Source: an uncultured Deferribacteres bacterium (lineage in GTDB: Bacteria; Zhuqueibacterota; Zhuqueibacteria; Zhuqueibacterales; Geothermadaptataceae). Taken from it: a DNA stretch of 64,000 bases. Below the pieces are notes generated by a model, which searched no databases, was not told the DNA's origin, and saw nothing but the letters and a program-made list of their open reading frames with translations. The position numbers and the translations under genes are program-made. The stretch spans positions 11,892 to 75,891 of the forward strand of contig CAXHAT010000008.1 of the NCBI GenBank assembly GCA_964014485.1, written 5' to 3'. Shown here piece after piece: positions 36,657 through 47,257 of the stretch (positions are counted from its first letter, which is position 1; each line of letters begins with the position of its first letter).

Positions 36657-39001
36657 GGCTTTTCGTTTTTAAGCCAGCCTAAAACATCGGCGGTTTCGAT
36701 GACAAACCCCCAGCCTCCGCCGCCGTTTTCAACTTTTAAAAGCAATTCGTTTTTTCCTTCACGCACCAAGCCGACGAACATGTCGCTTGCCGGAGAAACC
36801 CCGCGATGCGTGTGATTTCGATGCACTTCTTCGCCGTTCAGCCATACGGCGACGCCGTCATCGCTGCCGAGCATAAACAGCATTTTTCCAGTCTCGCGAC
36901 TTTCAAATTCGGTCGTTGCGTAGGCGTTCACTTTTTCGTGCTTACCAAATATTTCAACGAAATCCACGATTCCGTCTTCGGGCGCTTGCACCGTTCGCCA
37001 CTGAATTTCCCGGCTGCTCGCGGCGCCGGGTTCAGGCGGTGCGACAACGTCTAACCCGTGGTTTTCAGGGAAAGGAAACGGCCCGGCGACGCGCCATTCG
37101 CGCAAAAATTCGTTGGTCGTCAAATTTCGAAATGCAGCGCGGACATAGCGATGATCGTTGATGTGCTCAGCATGTTTCAAAGCCTTGCGCCAACGGGAAT
37201 TGTCACCGGCATTGACTTGCGCCACGGCAATCGCTGTTTTTTCCAAAGGCTGTGCCGCGCTGCGCAGGGCGGCGGCCAGGATTGTCTGCGTTTCATCGCC
37301 CGGCGTTTCGCTGAGTTGGTTGTAAATAAACAAGCGGCGGTCGAGGCTGACCTGCGGCAAGAGCGCCGAGAAGAGCTCCTGACGATTGGGGATGTCGTTT
37401 TGCGCCAAATAACTGACGGCGAATCTTTTAAGCTCGGAATCGTCGCCAAGCTCTTCGATAAAATTATCCGGTTGGTCGTGCAATCGCCGGACGATGGCGC
37501 CGGCGCGCTCCATGATCGAAGTGAATTCGCCGTCGCGGTCGGCGTCGACCCAAATCGGATTGGTAAAAGCCAGCGGCGTGATCGGAACCGGAGCGTCGTG
37601 GACGAGCGGCGCCATCGATTCGTTGCCGGTCGCGACGACGACGTACCATGTGTCAACTTTCGGCCTCAGGGTGACGGTTTTCCTGAAACGCACCGGGCGT
37701 TCCGACGATTGAACGGCGAAGGATTTTACGACCTTGCCGTTGCCGATAATTTGGACAGTGTCGCAATCGACCCAGTGCGGCGCCTGGACGCGAATGCGCA
37801 AATTAACAGCGCCGTTTTTTAAGGAAATCTGGCCGCCAATCGGGACGTTTTTATCAGCGACGGCTTCAATGTACAAGCCTCGACTGACCGAAACATTGCG
37901 TTCACGAATGCTTTCAACAAGTTCAGCTTCGTCAATTTTTGAAGGATCGTCTGTTGAACTTGCAACGTAAGTCCTGGGCGTTCCGGCCAGAATGTTCATC
38001 AAGCTGTGGCTGTCTGAATTGCCGACGCCGGCGAACCGTCGCCCGCTGTTGAGCATGTTAAACCAATCCTGCTTAACGGAAATCGGATTGCCTTCTTCCT
38101 CGATCCATCCCAGCCCGCGATTTTCATTCAAAATCTCATACGCGTCGAACGCCCAGCTCCAATCTTCTTGATCGGAAAAAGCGAATTCCTGATCGAAATT
38201 GAGAATGGTAAAATAATCGCCGCTCGGCCAGCGCGGATGGTTCACTTGAATTATCGAGGCAGGCGCTTCGTTTTTGATGTTTTTGAACAATTCGCGTCCG
38301 TCCGTAACGGAACTTTTTGTCGGCTCCGATCCGCGAGGGAGGGGAAAGGCGTTGAAATGCCCGATGGGGGTCGAAATTTCGTTGCCGATTGAGGCGGCCA
38401 TCAAATCGGTGAGATCAAGCTCGCGCCGCACCGTGTCATAATCCGTCACGTGATTGTGATCCGTAGCAACAGCCCACTCCAAGCCTTCGCCAATGCAGGA
38501 AATGAGTCTTTCTTGAACCGACGCGTCGCCGTGCCCGGAAAAGGTGAGCGTGTGCAAGTGCAAGTCGCCGGAAATGTAGCCCGGCGTTTCGACTTCTTTG
38601 CGAATGTATGCGGTGAGAGAATGCTTACTCTCCGCCGAAATCTCGATTTCACGTTTATCCGCTGAGTATTCCGTCCCGCGCCCCGCCCAAATCGTGTACT
38701 TGCCGGGCGGCACGGAAATTTCTCCTCTGCCGTCCGCAGTATAAACCGTGCTTTGGCGGCTGGCGATGTTGCCGAAAGACGCTACGCCAAGATCAAACGT
38801 AGTGTCGGCTTGCAGAAAAACAAGCTTTCCCGGCGTGTAGGCGCCGGATTCGGCGTCTCGAATTTCGAAGGAAAAGTTCGGGTCAACGACGGGCGTATTG
38901 GGTGTGTTAAGGCGGGGTTTTAGCGCAAATCCCGTAAAGATGAGTAGGGAAATTACGACGGACAATGCACGTAATTTGCGATTTTTCCGAAAACCGCTCA
39001 T
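36653..39001 (-). CDS. Exported PHP-family (CehA/McbA-like) metallohydrolase with helical and PA14-like C-terminal domains
   Basis: GDLHLHT, ATDHN, GNEIST..GHFN, NHP, GNSDSH; C-terminal W.VAGPF...GSDDGVAVWLNG...NELLLKV. Confidence 0.8.
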   Translation of the reverse strand: MSGFRKNRKLRALSVVISLLIFTGFALKPRLNTPNTPVVDPNFSFEIRDAESGAYTPGKLVFLQADTTFDLGVASFGNIASRQSTVYTADGRGEISVPPGKYTIWAGRGTEYSADKREIEISAESKHSLTAYIRKEVETPGYISGDLHLHTLTFSGHGDASVQERLISCIGEGLEWAVATDHNHVTDYDTVRRELDLTDLMAASIGNEISTPIGHFNAFPLPRGSEPTKSSVTDGRELFKNIKNEAPASIIQVNHPRWPSGDYFTILNFDQEFAFSDQEDWSWAFDAYEILNENRGLGWIEEEGNPISVKQDWFNMLNSGRRFAGVGNSDSHSLMNILAGTPRTYVASSTDDPSKIDEAELVESIRERNVSVSRGLYIEAVADKNVPIGGQISLKNGAVNLRIRVQAPHWVDCDTVQIIGNGKVVKSFAVQSSERPVRFRKTVTLRPKVDTWYVVVATGNESMAPLVHDAPVPITPLAFTNPIWVDADRDGEFTSIMERAGAIVRRLHDQPDNFIEELGDDSELKRFAVSYLAQNDIPNRQELFSALLPQVSLDRRLFIYNQLSETPGDETQTILAAALRSAAQPLEKTAIAVAQVNAGDNSRWRKALKHAEHINDHRYVRAAFRNLTTNEFLREWRVAGPFPFPENHGLDVVAPPEPGAASSREIQWRTVQAPEDGIVDFVEIFGKHEKVNAYATTEFESRETGKMLFMLGSDDGVAVWLNGEEVHRNHTHRGVSPASDMFVGLVREGKNELLLKVENGGGGWGFVIETADVLGWLKNEKP

Positions 39002-39066
39002 TATCTCTCCTCCTTCCAAGAAAACAAGAACGCTGTAGAGATAATGAAGCCGCAGGCCAATTCCTA

Positions 39067-41097
39067 CTACTTCGACACCGGTTGTTCGCTCTCCAGAACG
39101 CGCGCCAGTTCGCCAATATTGATCGGCTTGGCGACGAAATCGTCCATCCCGGCTTTGAAGCAGTTCGCAACGTCTTCTTTCATGACCGCCGCCGTCATCG
39201 CGATTATTCTTGGCTGGAAATATGAAGGGAATTCGCGCCGAATTTGGCGGGTGGCTGCGAGACCGTCCATTTCGGGCATTTGCACGTCCATGAACACAAG
39301 ATCGTAGCGTTCTTTTCTCAGCGCTTTGAGTGCAAGAGCGCCGTTTCCGACAATCTCAGCATGGTAGCCAAAGCGCTTTAGCATGTATTGCACGACTTGC
39401 TGGTTGACAGGGTTATCTTCCGCGACCAGCACCTTCAAAGGGTTTTGGGAAGCAAGTTCAGAATCAAAATCGACCGTATTTCTGAGCGGATCTGAAATAG
39501 TTTTCGAGTCTTGGGAAGCCTTGACTGCGCGAATGGTGAAATAGAAAGTAGAGCCTAGGTGAAGCTCGCTCTCCACCCAGATTTTGCCGCCCATGAGTTC
39601 ACATAAACGACGACAGATGGCAAGCCCAAGTCCTGTACCGCCGTATTTTCGCGTGGTTGAAGCGTCGAGTTGGCTGAACGGCAAGAACAGGTTTTTCCGC
39701 TTCTCCCACGGCACTCCGACGCCGGTGTCTTTTACCGCAAACAACAATTCTGAACCCGGCTTATTCTCCTTCACGGAGATATTGATGCGCCCGTTTGGCG
39801 TGAACTTGATGGCGTTGGAAAGCAAATTGATAAGAATTTGCCGCAATCGCGTTTCATCGCCCAGGATGATCTCAGGAGCGTTTTCATTTAAATGAAAATC
39901 GAGTTGCAGGTTCTTGGAAGAAACGTCGAGGGCAAAGAGATCCAGGACTTCTTCGATGCAGCGCTTCAGACTGATCGGCTGGTGCTCTAACTCCAGTTTG
40001 CCCGATTCAATTTTTGAAAAGTCGAGAATATCGTTGATAATATTGAGCAATGCATTGCCGCTGTTGCGGATTGTACTGACGAGGTTTCGCTGTTCGGAGT
40101 TGAGGTCGGTTCCAATCAACAAGTCGGTCATCCCGATAACGCCGTTCATCGGCGTTCGAATTTCATGGCTCATGTTAGCGAGGAATTCGCTTTTCGCCCG
40201 GGTGGCTTCCTCAGCGCGAGTTCGGTCGGCAAACTCCTGATTGAGTTCTTTTTCAAGCAATTTTGATTTGTACGTCGCCGTGATCAGACGGGAAAAGAAC
40301 CTGAAAAACGCCAATTCGTATTCGCTGAATCTGCTTTCGATGTAGCGATTTGAGATAATGATCACGCACTTCTTTTCATCCAAAGTGATGGGGATGATAA
40401 GTTCGGATTGGCGCTGACTGAGGTCGGACGGGAATTTCAACTTCTGGATGATTTTTGTCCTGTGCGCCGAAACGCCTTCTTGAGCCATCATCTCCCATAT
40501 TTTGCCGCCGTCGGGGCTTTCTTCCTCGCAAAACATGGCGGCGCCGGAATAGTGAAAAACGCCTTTGAGGAAAAAGCCAACGATGAGTTTGGGAAGCTGG
40601 TCAATCTCGGTTTTTGGAATCTCAATTGCGCTCAACGTCAATAACTCGGTCAGTGCGTCAATTGTCCATTGGGTATAAGTGCGCAGATCACTGCGAAGTT
40701 TTTGGTGTAAAAATTCCCATTGACTCGTGAAACGCTCAATGTCGGCGTGATAGCGTTCAATATCAATCCGTTGCTTCTGATTTTGTCGGTACTGGTCGTG
40801 CAACGCTTTGATGACTTTGAGCAGCGAGAGCGTGACCTCGTGAATGTGGGGCAGCATCTGCGGAGGCGTGGTCAAAACTTGCAGGAGCGGCCCTTTCCAT
40901 TCTGTGGAATACGCGTCTCCTTTTTGAATAACGACCCCGGCGATTTTTTCAAACAAGTCACCGAAGTTCTGTTCAAATTCGTCCGCGTCTCGTACAAAAA
41001 CGGCAAATATGCCGCGACGAATATCGCGCTTCTCGATAGTTTCTTTGTAAACGAACGGCGGCGGCGCTTCTATTGTCGAATAGAAGGCGAAGTTCAT
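39067..41097 (-). CDS. Cytoplasmic hybrid histidine kinase / response regulator
   Basis: KSEFLANMSHEIRTPMNG, NLLSNAIKFT, GGTGLGL, receiver VAEDNPVNQ...FMDVQMPEMDG. Confidence 0.93.
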   Translation of the reverse strand: MNFAFYSTIEAPPPFVYKETIEKRDIRRGIFAVFVRDADEFEQNFGDLFEKIAGVVIQKGDAYSTEWKGPLLQVLTTPPQMLPHIHEVTLSLLKVIKALHDQYRQNQKQRIDIERYHADIERFTSQWEFLHQKLRSDLRTYTQWTIDALTELLTLSAIEIPKTEIDQLPKLIVGFFLKGVFHYSGAAMFCEEESPDGGKIWEMMAQEGVSAHRTKIIQKLKFPSDLSQRQSELIIPITLDEKKCVIIISNRYIESRFSEYELAFFRFFSRLITATYKSKLLEKELNQEFADRTRAEEATRAKSEFLANMSHEIRTPMNGVIGMTDLLIGTDLNSEQRNLVSTIRNSGNALLNIINDILDFSKIESGKLELEHQPISLKRCIEEVLDLFALDVSSKNLQLDFHLNENAPEIILGDETRLRQILINLLSNAIKFTPNGRINISVKENKPGSELLFAVKDTGVGVPWEKRKNLFLPFSQLDASTTRKYGGTGLGLAICRRLCELMGGKIWVESELHLGSTFYFTIRAVKASQDSKTISDPLRNTVDFDSELASQNPLKVLVAEDNPVNQQVVQYMLKRFGYHAEIVGNGALALKALRKERYDLVFMDVQMPEMDGLAATRQIRREFPSYFQPRIIAMTAAVMKEDVANCFKAGMDDFVAKPINIGELARVLESEQPVSK

Positions 41098-42248
41098 TTG
41101 CTCCCACCTAAGAGAAGAATGATGAAAGTGACGTTGTGAAAGTAGGTGCCCGTGTAGGTGCCGTCTTCATTTTTGTGCGGCGCTATTTCGCCGAAGCTGG
41201 GCAGACCCAGCAATGGCAGCGTCGGCTTCAGCTCGGAAGACGTGCGTTCAAGTTCTTCTTTCGTGCGTTCACCCAAGACCCATTTCCGGCCGGCGCAGCT
41301 GATGATCAAAGCCGCTGAAGGATCAAAATCGAGTTCCGGCAAACCTTGCAGCGCTTCGGAGACCCCGCCTAAGACTTCTTCCCGCGTTGCCGTACAAACG
41401 CGCACCGGGGTGCCTTCTTCTACGCTGCCGAAATAAGTCAAGGAACCGTCCTCATCCATTTTGAAAGGCGTTCTCATCACATAGGTTTCGCATTCCGGCT
41501 GCTGGTAGGCGGCCATCGATAACGTGGTGATGTCCACTTCGGAAGGCGGCTTCCCGAATTGTTTGTGAATGAAATCGACCGTTGACATGCCGTCTATTTT
41601 GAAAATTCGGTTGCCTTCGGCTTCTTCTACAGTTGCAATTTCACCAACAGGCGCCCAGCCGCTGGCAAGGTTCATGGCAAACTGAACGTCGCCGGAAAGT
41701 GCCAAAATGCCGATAGCGTCTTCATGCATGCGGCCGTTGACAAGCACAATTCCGTGCTGGAAATGTCTGTCGTCCCCGGTCAGGCCGCCGACGCACGGGG
41801 CGGAAAATTCGGTCCGTATGCCCGCCGTCATTTTGGCGCCGTCCCCGGACATTCCAGCCATAACAAAAGCCAGTTTGATCTCATCGGCGGCTGCATTCTT
41901 GATCTTTTGGGCGCAGGCTTGCCCGGTTCTGAAAGAATCTTCAGCCAAACCGGCTTCGACGTCCACCGTCCACTCAACTTTGCCTTGGCTGTTGAATGCG
42001 AGTGCGCCGACCCCAACGTTTTCCACGCGATCCGATTCATAATAGCCGTCGCCGGTGCCGCCAAAAATAATGACGTCTTTGTTTCCAAGCTCATCATAAA
42101 TGCCTTCATAAAGCTCGGAAAAGTCGGCGTAATTGACTGACGCGAACATAATAATCGCTTCCGGCTTAATATCTTTGAAAGCCTGGCCAATTTCCATCCC
42201 GGCTTCATAAGGGTCGATATTTGACGTACTAAAGGACTTGGTTTTCAT
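41094..42248 (-). CDS. Stand-alone FIST-domain protein (FIST_N plus FIST_C)
   Basis: IFGGTG.G, GGLTGDD, SGW.PVG, ISCAGR, GLPSFGEI, FHNVT; 4-bp overlap with the kinase gene. Confidence 0.88.
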   Translation of the reverse strand: MKTKSFSTSNIDPYEAGMEIGQAFKDIKPEAIIMFASVNYADFSELYEGIYDELGNKDVIIFGGTGDGYYESDRVENVGVGALAFNSQGKVEWTVDVEAGLAEDSFRTGQACAQKIKNAAADEIKLAFVMAGMSGDGAKMTAGIRTEFSAPCVGGLTGDDRHFQHGIVLVNGRMHEDAIGILALSGDVQFAMNLASGWAPVGEIATVEEAEGNRIFKIDGMSTVDFIHKQFGKPPSEVDITTLSMAAYQQPECETYVMRTPFKMDEDGSLTYFGSVEEGTPVRVCTATREEVLGGVSEALQGLPELDFDPSAALIISCAGRKWVLGERTKEELERTSSELKPTLPLLGLPSFGEIAPHKNEDGTYTGTYFHNVTFIILLLGGSK

Positions 42249-42554
42249 CGCTTTACCGTTGGTTAAATGGTCGATATAAGAGGATTCGGCGTATTGGGGA
42301 AAGTTGTTTTCTGCGTACATAAGAAATTTACCCGCAGATAAAGCTTTAGCGGAAAGCCAATTGGCGAGAAGCGTAAGGGGGAAGTTTTTTTGAGAGAAGG
42401 TGTGCGATTTTTGAGGCTTTGTTCGAAACTAACCAAAAAGGCGGGACGGCACTCCAAAATTTGAACGCGCCAGCCGCAAAACTTAAATCTTATTCACTGA
42501 TGTTACGCGCTCGCGTACTGATATGACGTTCGATGTAAACGTTGTTCTAAAAAG

Positions 42555-42775
42555 CTCATTCCCAATCTCCTGATTGGGAATGCACTTTTGGGGGCTGTCC
42601 AAGAACATGGTCTCTGAATGCAAGGCATACAATATGTCGTAGGGGTTCAAGATTTTGAACCCCTGCATGTGGTATAGTACATCAAAAATATTATGTTCTG
42701 AGACAACCCCCAATAGAAGATTCGAAACTGGAGTTTCTCGATCAACATCTTTCCCAAACCGAAGTTTGGGAAAAC
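42555..42775. repeat. REPIN-like TTCCCAA...TTGGGAA element interrupted by a MITE
   Basis: CATTCCCAATCTCCTGATTGGGAATG, then GAAACTGGAGTTTC and TTTCCCAAACCGAAGTTTGGGAAA on the far side of the MITE. Confidence 0.6.
42590..42711. mobile_element. About 120-bp MITE-like element, copy 2, inverted relative to copy 1
   Basis: TIRs GGGGGCTGTCC / AGACAACCCCC; central GTAGGGGTTCAAGATTTTGAACCCCTGC; its reverse complement aligns by eye with 7205-7324. Confidence 0.7.
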
Positions 42776-42882
42776 CCCGTGGGGCCGTTTCAAGATAAAA
42801 TGGCGCTTGTACACGGAGACGAGAATGACATAAAAGCAATGTCTTGGTTGAATCGCTCCTTTGTGTGCGGGCGTAACATCAA

Positions 42883-45285
42883 TTACTCATACTTCAAAAT
42901 CTCAACCGGATTTGCGAGGGATGCTTTGATCGCCTGATATCCCATCGTTAAAACGGCGATCAACAAAGCGGCGGCGCCGGAGGCCAGCAGGAGCCACGCT
43001 TCGATTTCAATACGAAACGAAAAACTTTGCAGCCACAAGTCCATCAAGTACCATGCAATTGGCCATGCGAGAAGCATCGCGAAGACGACCAGAACAACAT
43101 ATTCGCGCGCCAGAAGTAACACAAGTCCGGGCGACGAAGCGCCCAACGTTTTGCGGACGCCGATTTCTTTGGTGCGTCTTTCAGCGGAAAACGCCGAAAG
43201 TCCGAGCAAGCCAAGGCAAGCGATCACAATAGCGATCAAGGTGAAGTCGCCGAACATCTTGCCGAACTGTTCCTGATTCTTGTAAAGATTGTCAAAATCC
43301 TGATCAAGGAACGAGTAGACAAACGGCCAGTCCGGCGTGAGTTCGTTCCATTTACGGCGAAGTTCCGCGACCGCGCTTTGAACGTCCTGCGTCTCGATTC
43401 GCGCCATCATTGTTGCGATGTTCGACGGATCGAGGTGTAAAACCAGCGGCTGCATGAACACCTGCATCGGCTGAAAATGGAAATTCTTGACCACGCCAAT
43501 GACGATGCCGCTTTTTTGCCCCGCCCAAACGATGCGTTGGCCAAGCGCTTCCTGCGGCGATGTCCATCCAAGATCCTGGATCGCTTTTTCATTTAAAACG
43601 AATGCTTCCTCAAGATCGGAAGGAAATTGGCGAGAGAAATTTCTTCCGGCGAGCAATTCGATTTCTAAAGCGGGGATAAAATCATGTTCGACATAGAGAA
43701 ATTTCATGGAAACGCGCTCTTCGGGTGCAGCGCCTTCCTTGCCGACGCTCGTTCCGGTTGCGCCGGCGCCAGGGGGGCGATTTGCAAAAGTAACGTCGCT
43801 GATTCCCGGGATGGTTAACAGTTGATTTTTGACGGCTTCTTGTTTTTCGATCAATCCCTGGTCGCGCAACGGCACGACGAGCACTTGTTGGTCGTTGAAT
43901 CCTAAGTCCTTGTTTTTCATATACTGCAGTTGCAGGTAAACCACAGCGGTTCCGACAATAAGAACAATGGATACGGCGAACTGCAAGATGACCAAAACTT
44001 GCCGGAAGCGCAACGGCGTCCGTTTCACTTGCGAAACTTCCAGTTTACCTTTGATGGTTTCAACAGGCTTGAAGGCCGAAAGAAAAAATGCGGGGTAGCT
44101 GCCTGAAATGACGCCTGCGAGCAGGGCGGTTAGAGCAACACTGACAAGTAGAAAAACGTTTTCAAAATAGTTGAATTGCAGCGAACGTTCGAAAACGCTG
44201 TTAAATCGCGGCAGGAACATTTCAACCAAGAACAACGCCAGAATGAGGGCGAAACCGGCAAGCACAAGAGACTCGCCCAAAAATTGACGAACAAGCTGTC
44301 GACGTTCCGCGCCAATGACTTTGCGCAAGCCGACCTCTTTTGCGCGCATCGTTGAACGTGCGGTAGACAGGTTCATAAAATTGAAGCAGGCAATAAGCAA
44401 AACCATGACCGCAATTGACGAGAAAATATAAACATACGTCATGTTGCTGCCGGCTTGAATTTCGTTCCCTTGCGGGTAAAGATGAATGTCAGTGACAGGT
44501 TGCAGCCACGGTCTGAGTTTAATGCCGTGCGGCTCTAACATTTGCGTGGTGTAAGCGTCGATGAAATCCGGGAGTTTGGCCTCAACTTGCGATTTGTCGG
44601 TATTTTCGCGCAGCAGAACGTAGGTCACAAACGGATTGAACATCCAACTTTGCAATTGCTGGCCGAACTGCGGTTCAAGGCTGGAAAAAGAGCCGAGAAA
44701 ATCAAAGTGCAAGTGCGCGTTTGGGGGAACGTCATGCATCACGCCGGTAATTTTGAAGTCGTCGCGATTTTCAATGCGCAGGGTTTTTCCCACTGGGTCT
44801 TCATCCCCGAAATATTTTTTGGCGGTAGATTCAGTCAGCACGACTGAAAACGGATCGTTTAACGCCGTCTGCGGATCGCCTGTGAGAAACGGAAAAGAGA
44901 ATGTTTTAAATATGTCCGCGTCGGCGTAGAAGAATCGATTTTCGTAAAAGCGTCGATCTTCAAAACCTACCATAATGTCGGTGAACGGCTGGTGGAACCG
45001 AACGGCGCGTTCAACTTCCGGAATTTCTTTCAAAAGGGCGGGAGCGACCGGCGCCCCCGAAAGCGCGTTTGAGAATTCACCGTTTGGCGAGACAAAATTT
45101 ATGTTGAAGCGGTAGAGCCGCTGCGCCTTTTGGTGAAAATTGTCGTAGCTTAGTTCTTCCCGCACAAAAAGCATGATGATAAAGCAGCAAGCCATGCCTG
45201 TCGCCAATCCGACGATGTTTATGAAAGAATAGCCTTTGTGTTTGCTAATATTGCGCAAGGCGATTTTGACGTAGTTTTTAAACAT
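42883..45285 (-). CDS. MacB/FtsX-type ABC transporter permease, duplicated architecture
   Basis: MFKNYVKIALRN..KHKGYSFINI.GL, RAKEVGLRKV.GA, RTKEIGVRK.LGA, ANPVE.LKYE. Confidence 0.92.
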   Translation of the reverse strand: MFKNYVKIALRNISKHKGYSFINIVGLATGMACCFIIMLFVREELSYDNFHQKAQRLYRFNINFVSPNGEFSNALSGAPVAPALLKEIPEVERAVRFHQPFTDIMVGFEDRRFYENRFFYADADIFKTFSFPFLTGDPQTALNDPFSVVLTESTAKKYFGDEDPVGKTLRIENRDDFKITGVMHDVPPNAHLHFDFLGSFSSLEPQFGQQLQSWMFNPFVTYVLLRENTDKSQVEAKLPDFIDAYTTQMLEPHGIKLRPWLQPVTDIHLYPQGNEIQAGSNMTYVYIFSSIAVMVLLIACFNFMNLSTARSTMRAKEVGLRKVIGAERRQLVRQFLGESLVLAGFALILALFLVEMFLPRFNSVFERSLQFNYFENVFLLVSVALTALLAGVISGSYPAFFLSAFKPVETIKGKLEVSQVKRTPLRFRQVLVILQFAVSIVLIVGTAVVYLQLQYMKNKDLGFNDQQVLVVPLRDQGLIEKQEAVKNQLLTIPGISDVTFANRPPGAGATGTSVGKEGAAPEERVSMKFLYVEHDFIPALEIELLAGRNFSRQFPSDLEEAFVLNEKAIQDLGWTSPQEALGQRIVWAGQKSGIVIGVVKNFHFQPMQVFMQPLVLHLDPSNIATMMARIETQDVQSAVAELRRKWNELTPDWPFVYSFLDQDFDNLYKNQEQFGKMFGDFTLIAIVIACLGLLGLSAFSAERRTKEIGVRKTLGASSPGLVLLLAREYVVLVVFAMLLAWPIAWYLMDLWLQSFSFRIEIEAWLLLASGAAALLIAVLTMGYQAIKASLANPVEILKYE

Positions 45286-45627
45286 GATTCCTCGCTGTGA
45301 AAATACGGAATTCATCGTTTTGGATGATGTGTCAATTTTTTCAAGAAAAGAACTGGATTCAATTCTTGTACCAGAGCAAACATGAGCGAATATAAGAGCA
45401 GTGCGAAACAAAATTTGAGCAAGAATATACGATTACTAAACATGAGCGTTCGAATATGAACGCTCATATTTTGAAGATAGCGATGTTGGTTTTGTTCACT
45501 GTCTATTCTGGTAACCACTATCTCGTTTGTATATAATTGATTCAAGCCGTTATTTTATTATTTTCATGTTCTCATGACGAATCCGATGCCTGATTCGACT
45601 CCAAACTGGAATTATTGTTTTTGACCT

Positions 45628-46410
45628 GTGAAAAAGTTTTTTTCTTTAAAAAATGATGGACTCAGCCGATTTTTAATCCAGGTCGCGCTGCCCTTAATAT
45701 CCATTTCTATCTCCCTCTCGGGGCTCTATTTTGGCCTTTCAGCAAATGAGTTTATTATTTCAATCGCTTTCGGGTTTTCCGGTTTGGTTGGTTTTTTCGT
45801 TTACCACCAGCTTAGGAATATCAACAAGGGCTGCGCGAATCCGTATTTGGCCGCTAAGTTGGATGAAATCGAAATCACGGTATTTTCAAACCGGCGGGAA
45901 ATCCATCGCAAATTAACTTTGGTTTCGACCAAAAAGCGCAAAATAAAGTCATATCTTTTCAGACTCTATTTTACGAATAAAGACGAACACGCAGATGCAG
46001 TATGTATTTCAGGAAACGGTCGGCTTACTCGCACGCCGCCTGTGGATCAAAACGGATGGCATGATTGTCAATTTGATTTTTTCTCGCCTTTCAGGAATCA
46101 AGGAGATGAGAGGAAGGTTGAGTTCAGATATACGATGGATGAGAAAGTCGGCAAGGCAGATCTCCATCATTTTATTTCTTATAACAATTTCAATAAATGT
46201 GAAGAAGTTCGATTTAAACTGGTTTTCGATATCAGAGTAAAGCTGCCAAAAGACGTTTATTTATACTTGCACGACGCAGATGAGCAGAACCCTGCTCTCT
46301 CAAAAACAAGAATAAAGCTGAATGGGATTAACCGCACTTATAGTATAGTCCGAAAGCCCGCACTTGAGCAGCAGCGGCGGTATTCTATACAATGGGTTTT
46401 GAAACCTTAG
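45628..46410 (+). CDS. Hypothetical protein with two N-terminal TM helices and a beta-rich soluble domain
   Basis: 260-aa ORF in an AT-rich segment with no competing long ORF. Confidence 0.6.
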   Translation: MKKFFSLKNDGLSRFLIQVALPLISISISLSGLYFGLSANEFIISIAFGFSGLVGFFVYHQLRNINKGCANPYLAAKLDEIEITVFSNRREIHRKLTLVSTKKRKIKSYLFRLYFTNKDEHADAVCISGNGRLTRTPPVDQNGWHDCQFDFFSPFRNQGDERKVEFRYTMDEKVGKADLHHFISYNNFNKCEEVRFKLVFDIRVKLPKDVYLYLHDADEQNPALSKTRIKLNGINRTYSIVRKPALEQQRRYSIQWVLKP

Positions 46411-46570
46411 GTTCTGCAATCTTGGTAAACGTGCTCCATTTTCTGGCGGAAGAAGTGGGATTTATAATTCAGAAAAATGGATTTGTTATTACTTGAAACA
46501 CTGATATTTTTGGAGAAGAAAATGAGTGAAGAATAAAGAACCCTGGTCTTTGTCAACAAATTTAATTTAT

Positions 46571-46615
46571 CTCAAATCCCCGCCTGATTTGAAGAGTATA
46601 TTGCCGGGGATTTGA
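46571..46615. terminator. Hairpin, possible terminator
   Basis: CTCAAATCCCCG...CGGGGATTTGAG. Confidence 0.45.
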
Positions 46616-47044
46616 GGTGGAATAATAGAATCAAGTCAAGAACTGCGAAAAACGTCTGATTTGTTTATCCGAATTTCGATTGAAGCTTAATCCTCTCCCA
46701 TGAATATTTTCCCCCTTGTTCGTCCTGAATTTATGGCGCGGCCAAAAGCAACGCTTACACTTTTGACGGCCTCCAGTTTTACAGTAAACGATTGAGTAGC
46801 AACTATAGAGCGTTTATGTTGCTATAGCTTGAATTGCTGTGAGATAGTGTCAGGAGAAAAAAGACAAAAAGCAATAAGTAAGTTAAAAAGCTATTGACTT
46901 TTATCAAGATGCTTAATAATTATACACTAATTCAATTCGAAACCCGCCATGGGGGTAAATCTCAGCTTTCGAACGCGTTTCAACAATTCAGAATTTTCTG
47001 CAAACATCTGGACAATCCCCTTTTCAAGGCAAAAGGAGTGTCTT

Positions 47045-47257
47045 ATGCGCGAAAAACAGGCAATTTATATTTCTCGTTTTCTATTATCCGTCTCAATATT
47101 GCTTACTTTTACAGCCTTTTTTTTCGATAAAGCCGTGATTTTTGTCGCGGCTCTGGTTGTCATATTCTATTTGGCTATTTTTGCATATACATCGAAACGA
47201 ATATTTCCGACAGTAAAGCTATTCTTTATAAAACTTTTTTTGCCGACGGCCCATTGA
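47045..47257 (+). CDS. Possible small membrane protein
   Basis: AAGGAG RBS before ATG 47045; about 70 aa with two hydrophobic helices. Confidence 0.45.
   Translation: MREKQAIYISRFLLSVSILLTFTAFFFDKAVIFVAALVVIFYLAIFAYTSKRIFPTVKLFFIKLFLPTAH

Noticed and set aside
42483..42839. 118-aa minus-strand ORF
   Set aside because: It runs through nested palindromic repeats and the MITE and has no protein-like motifs.
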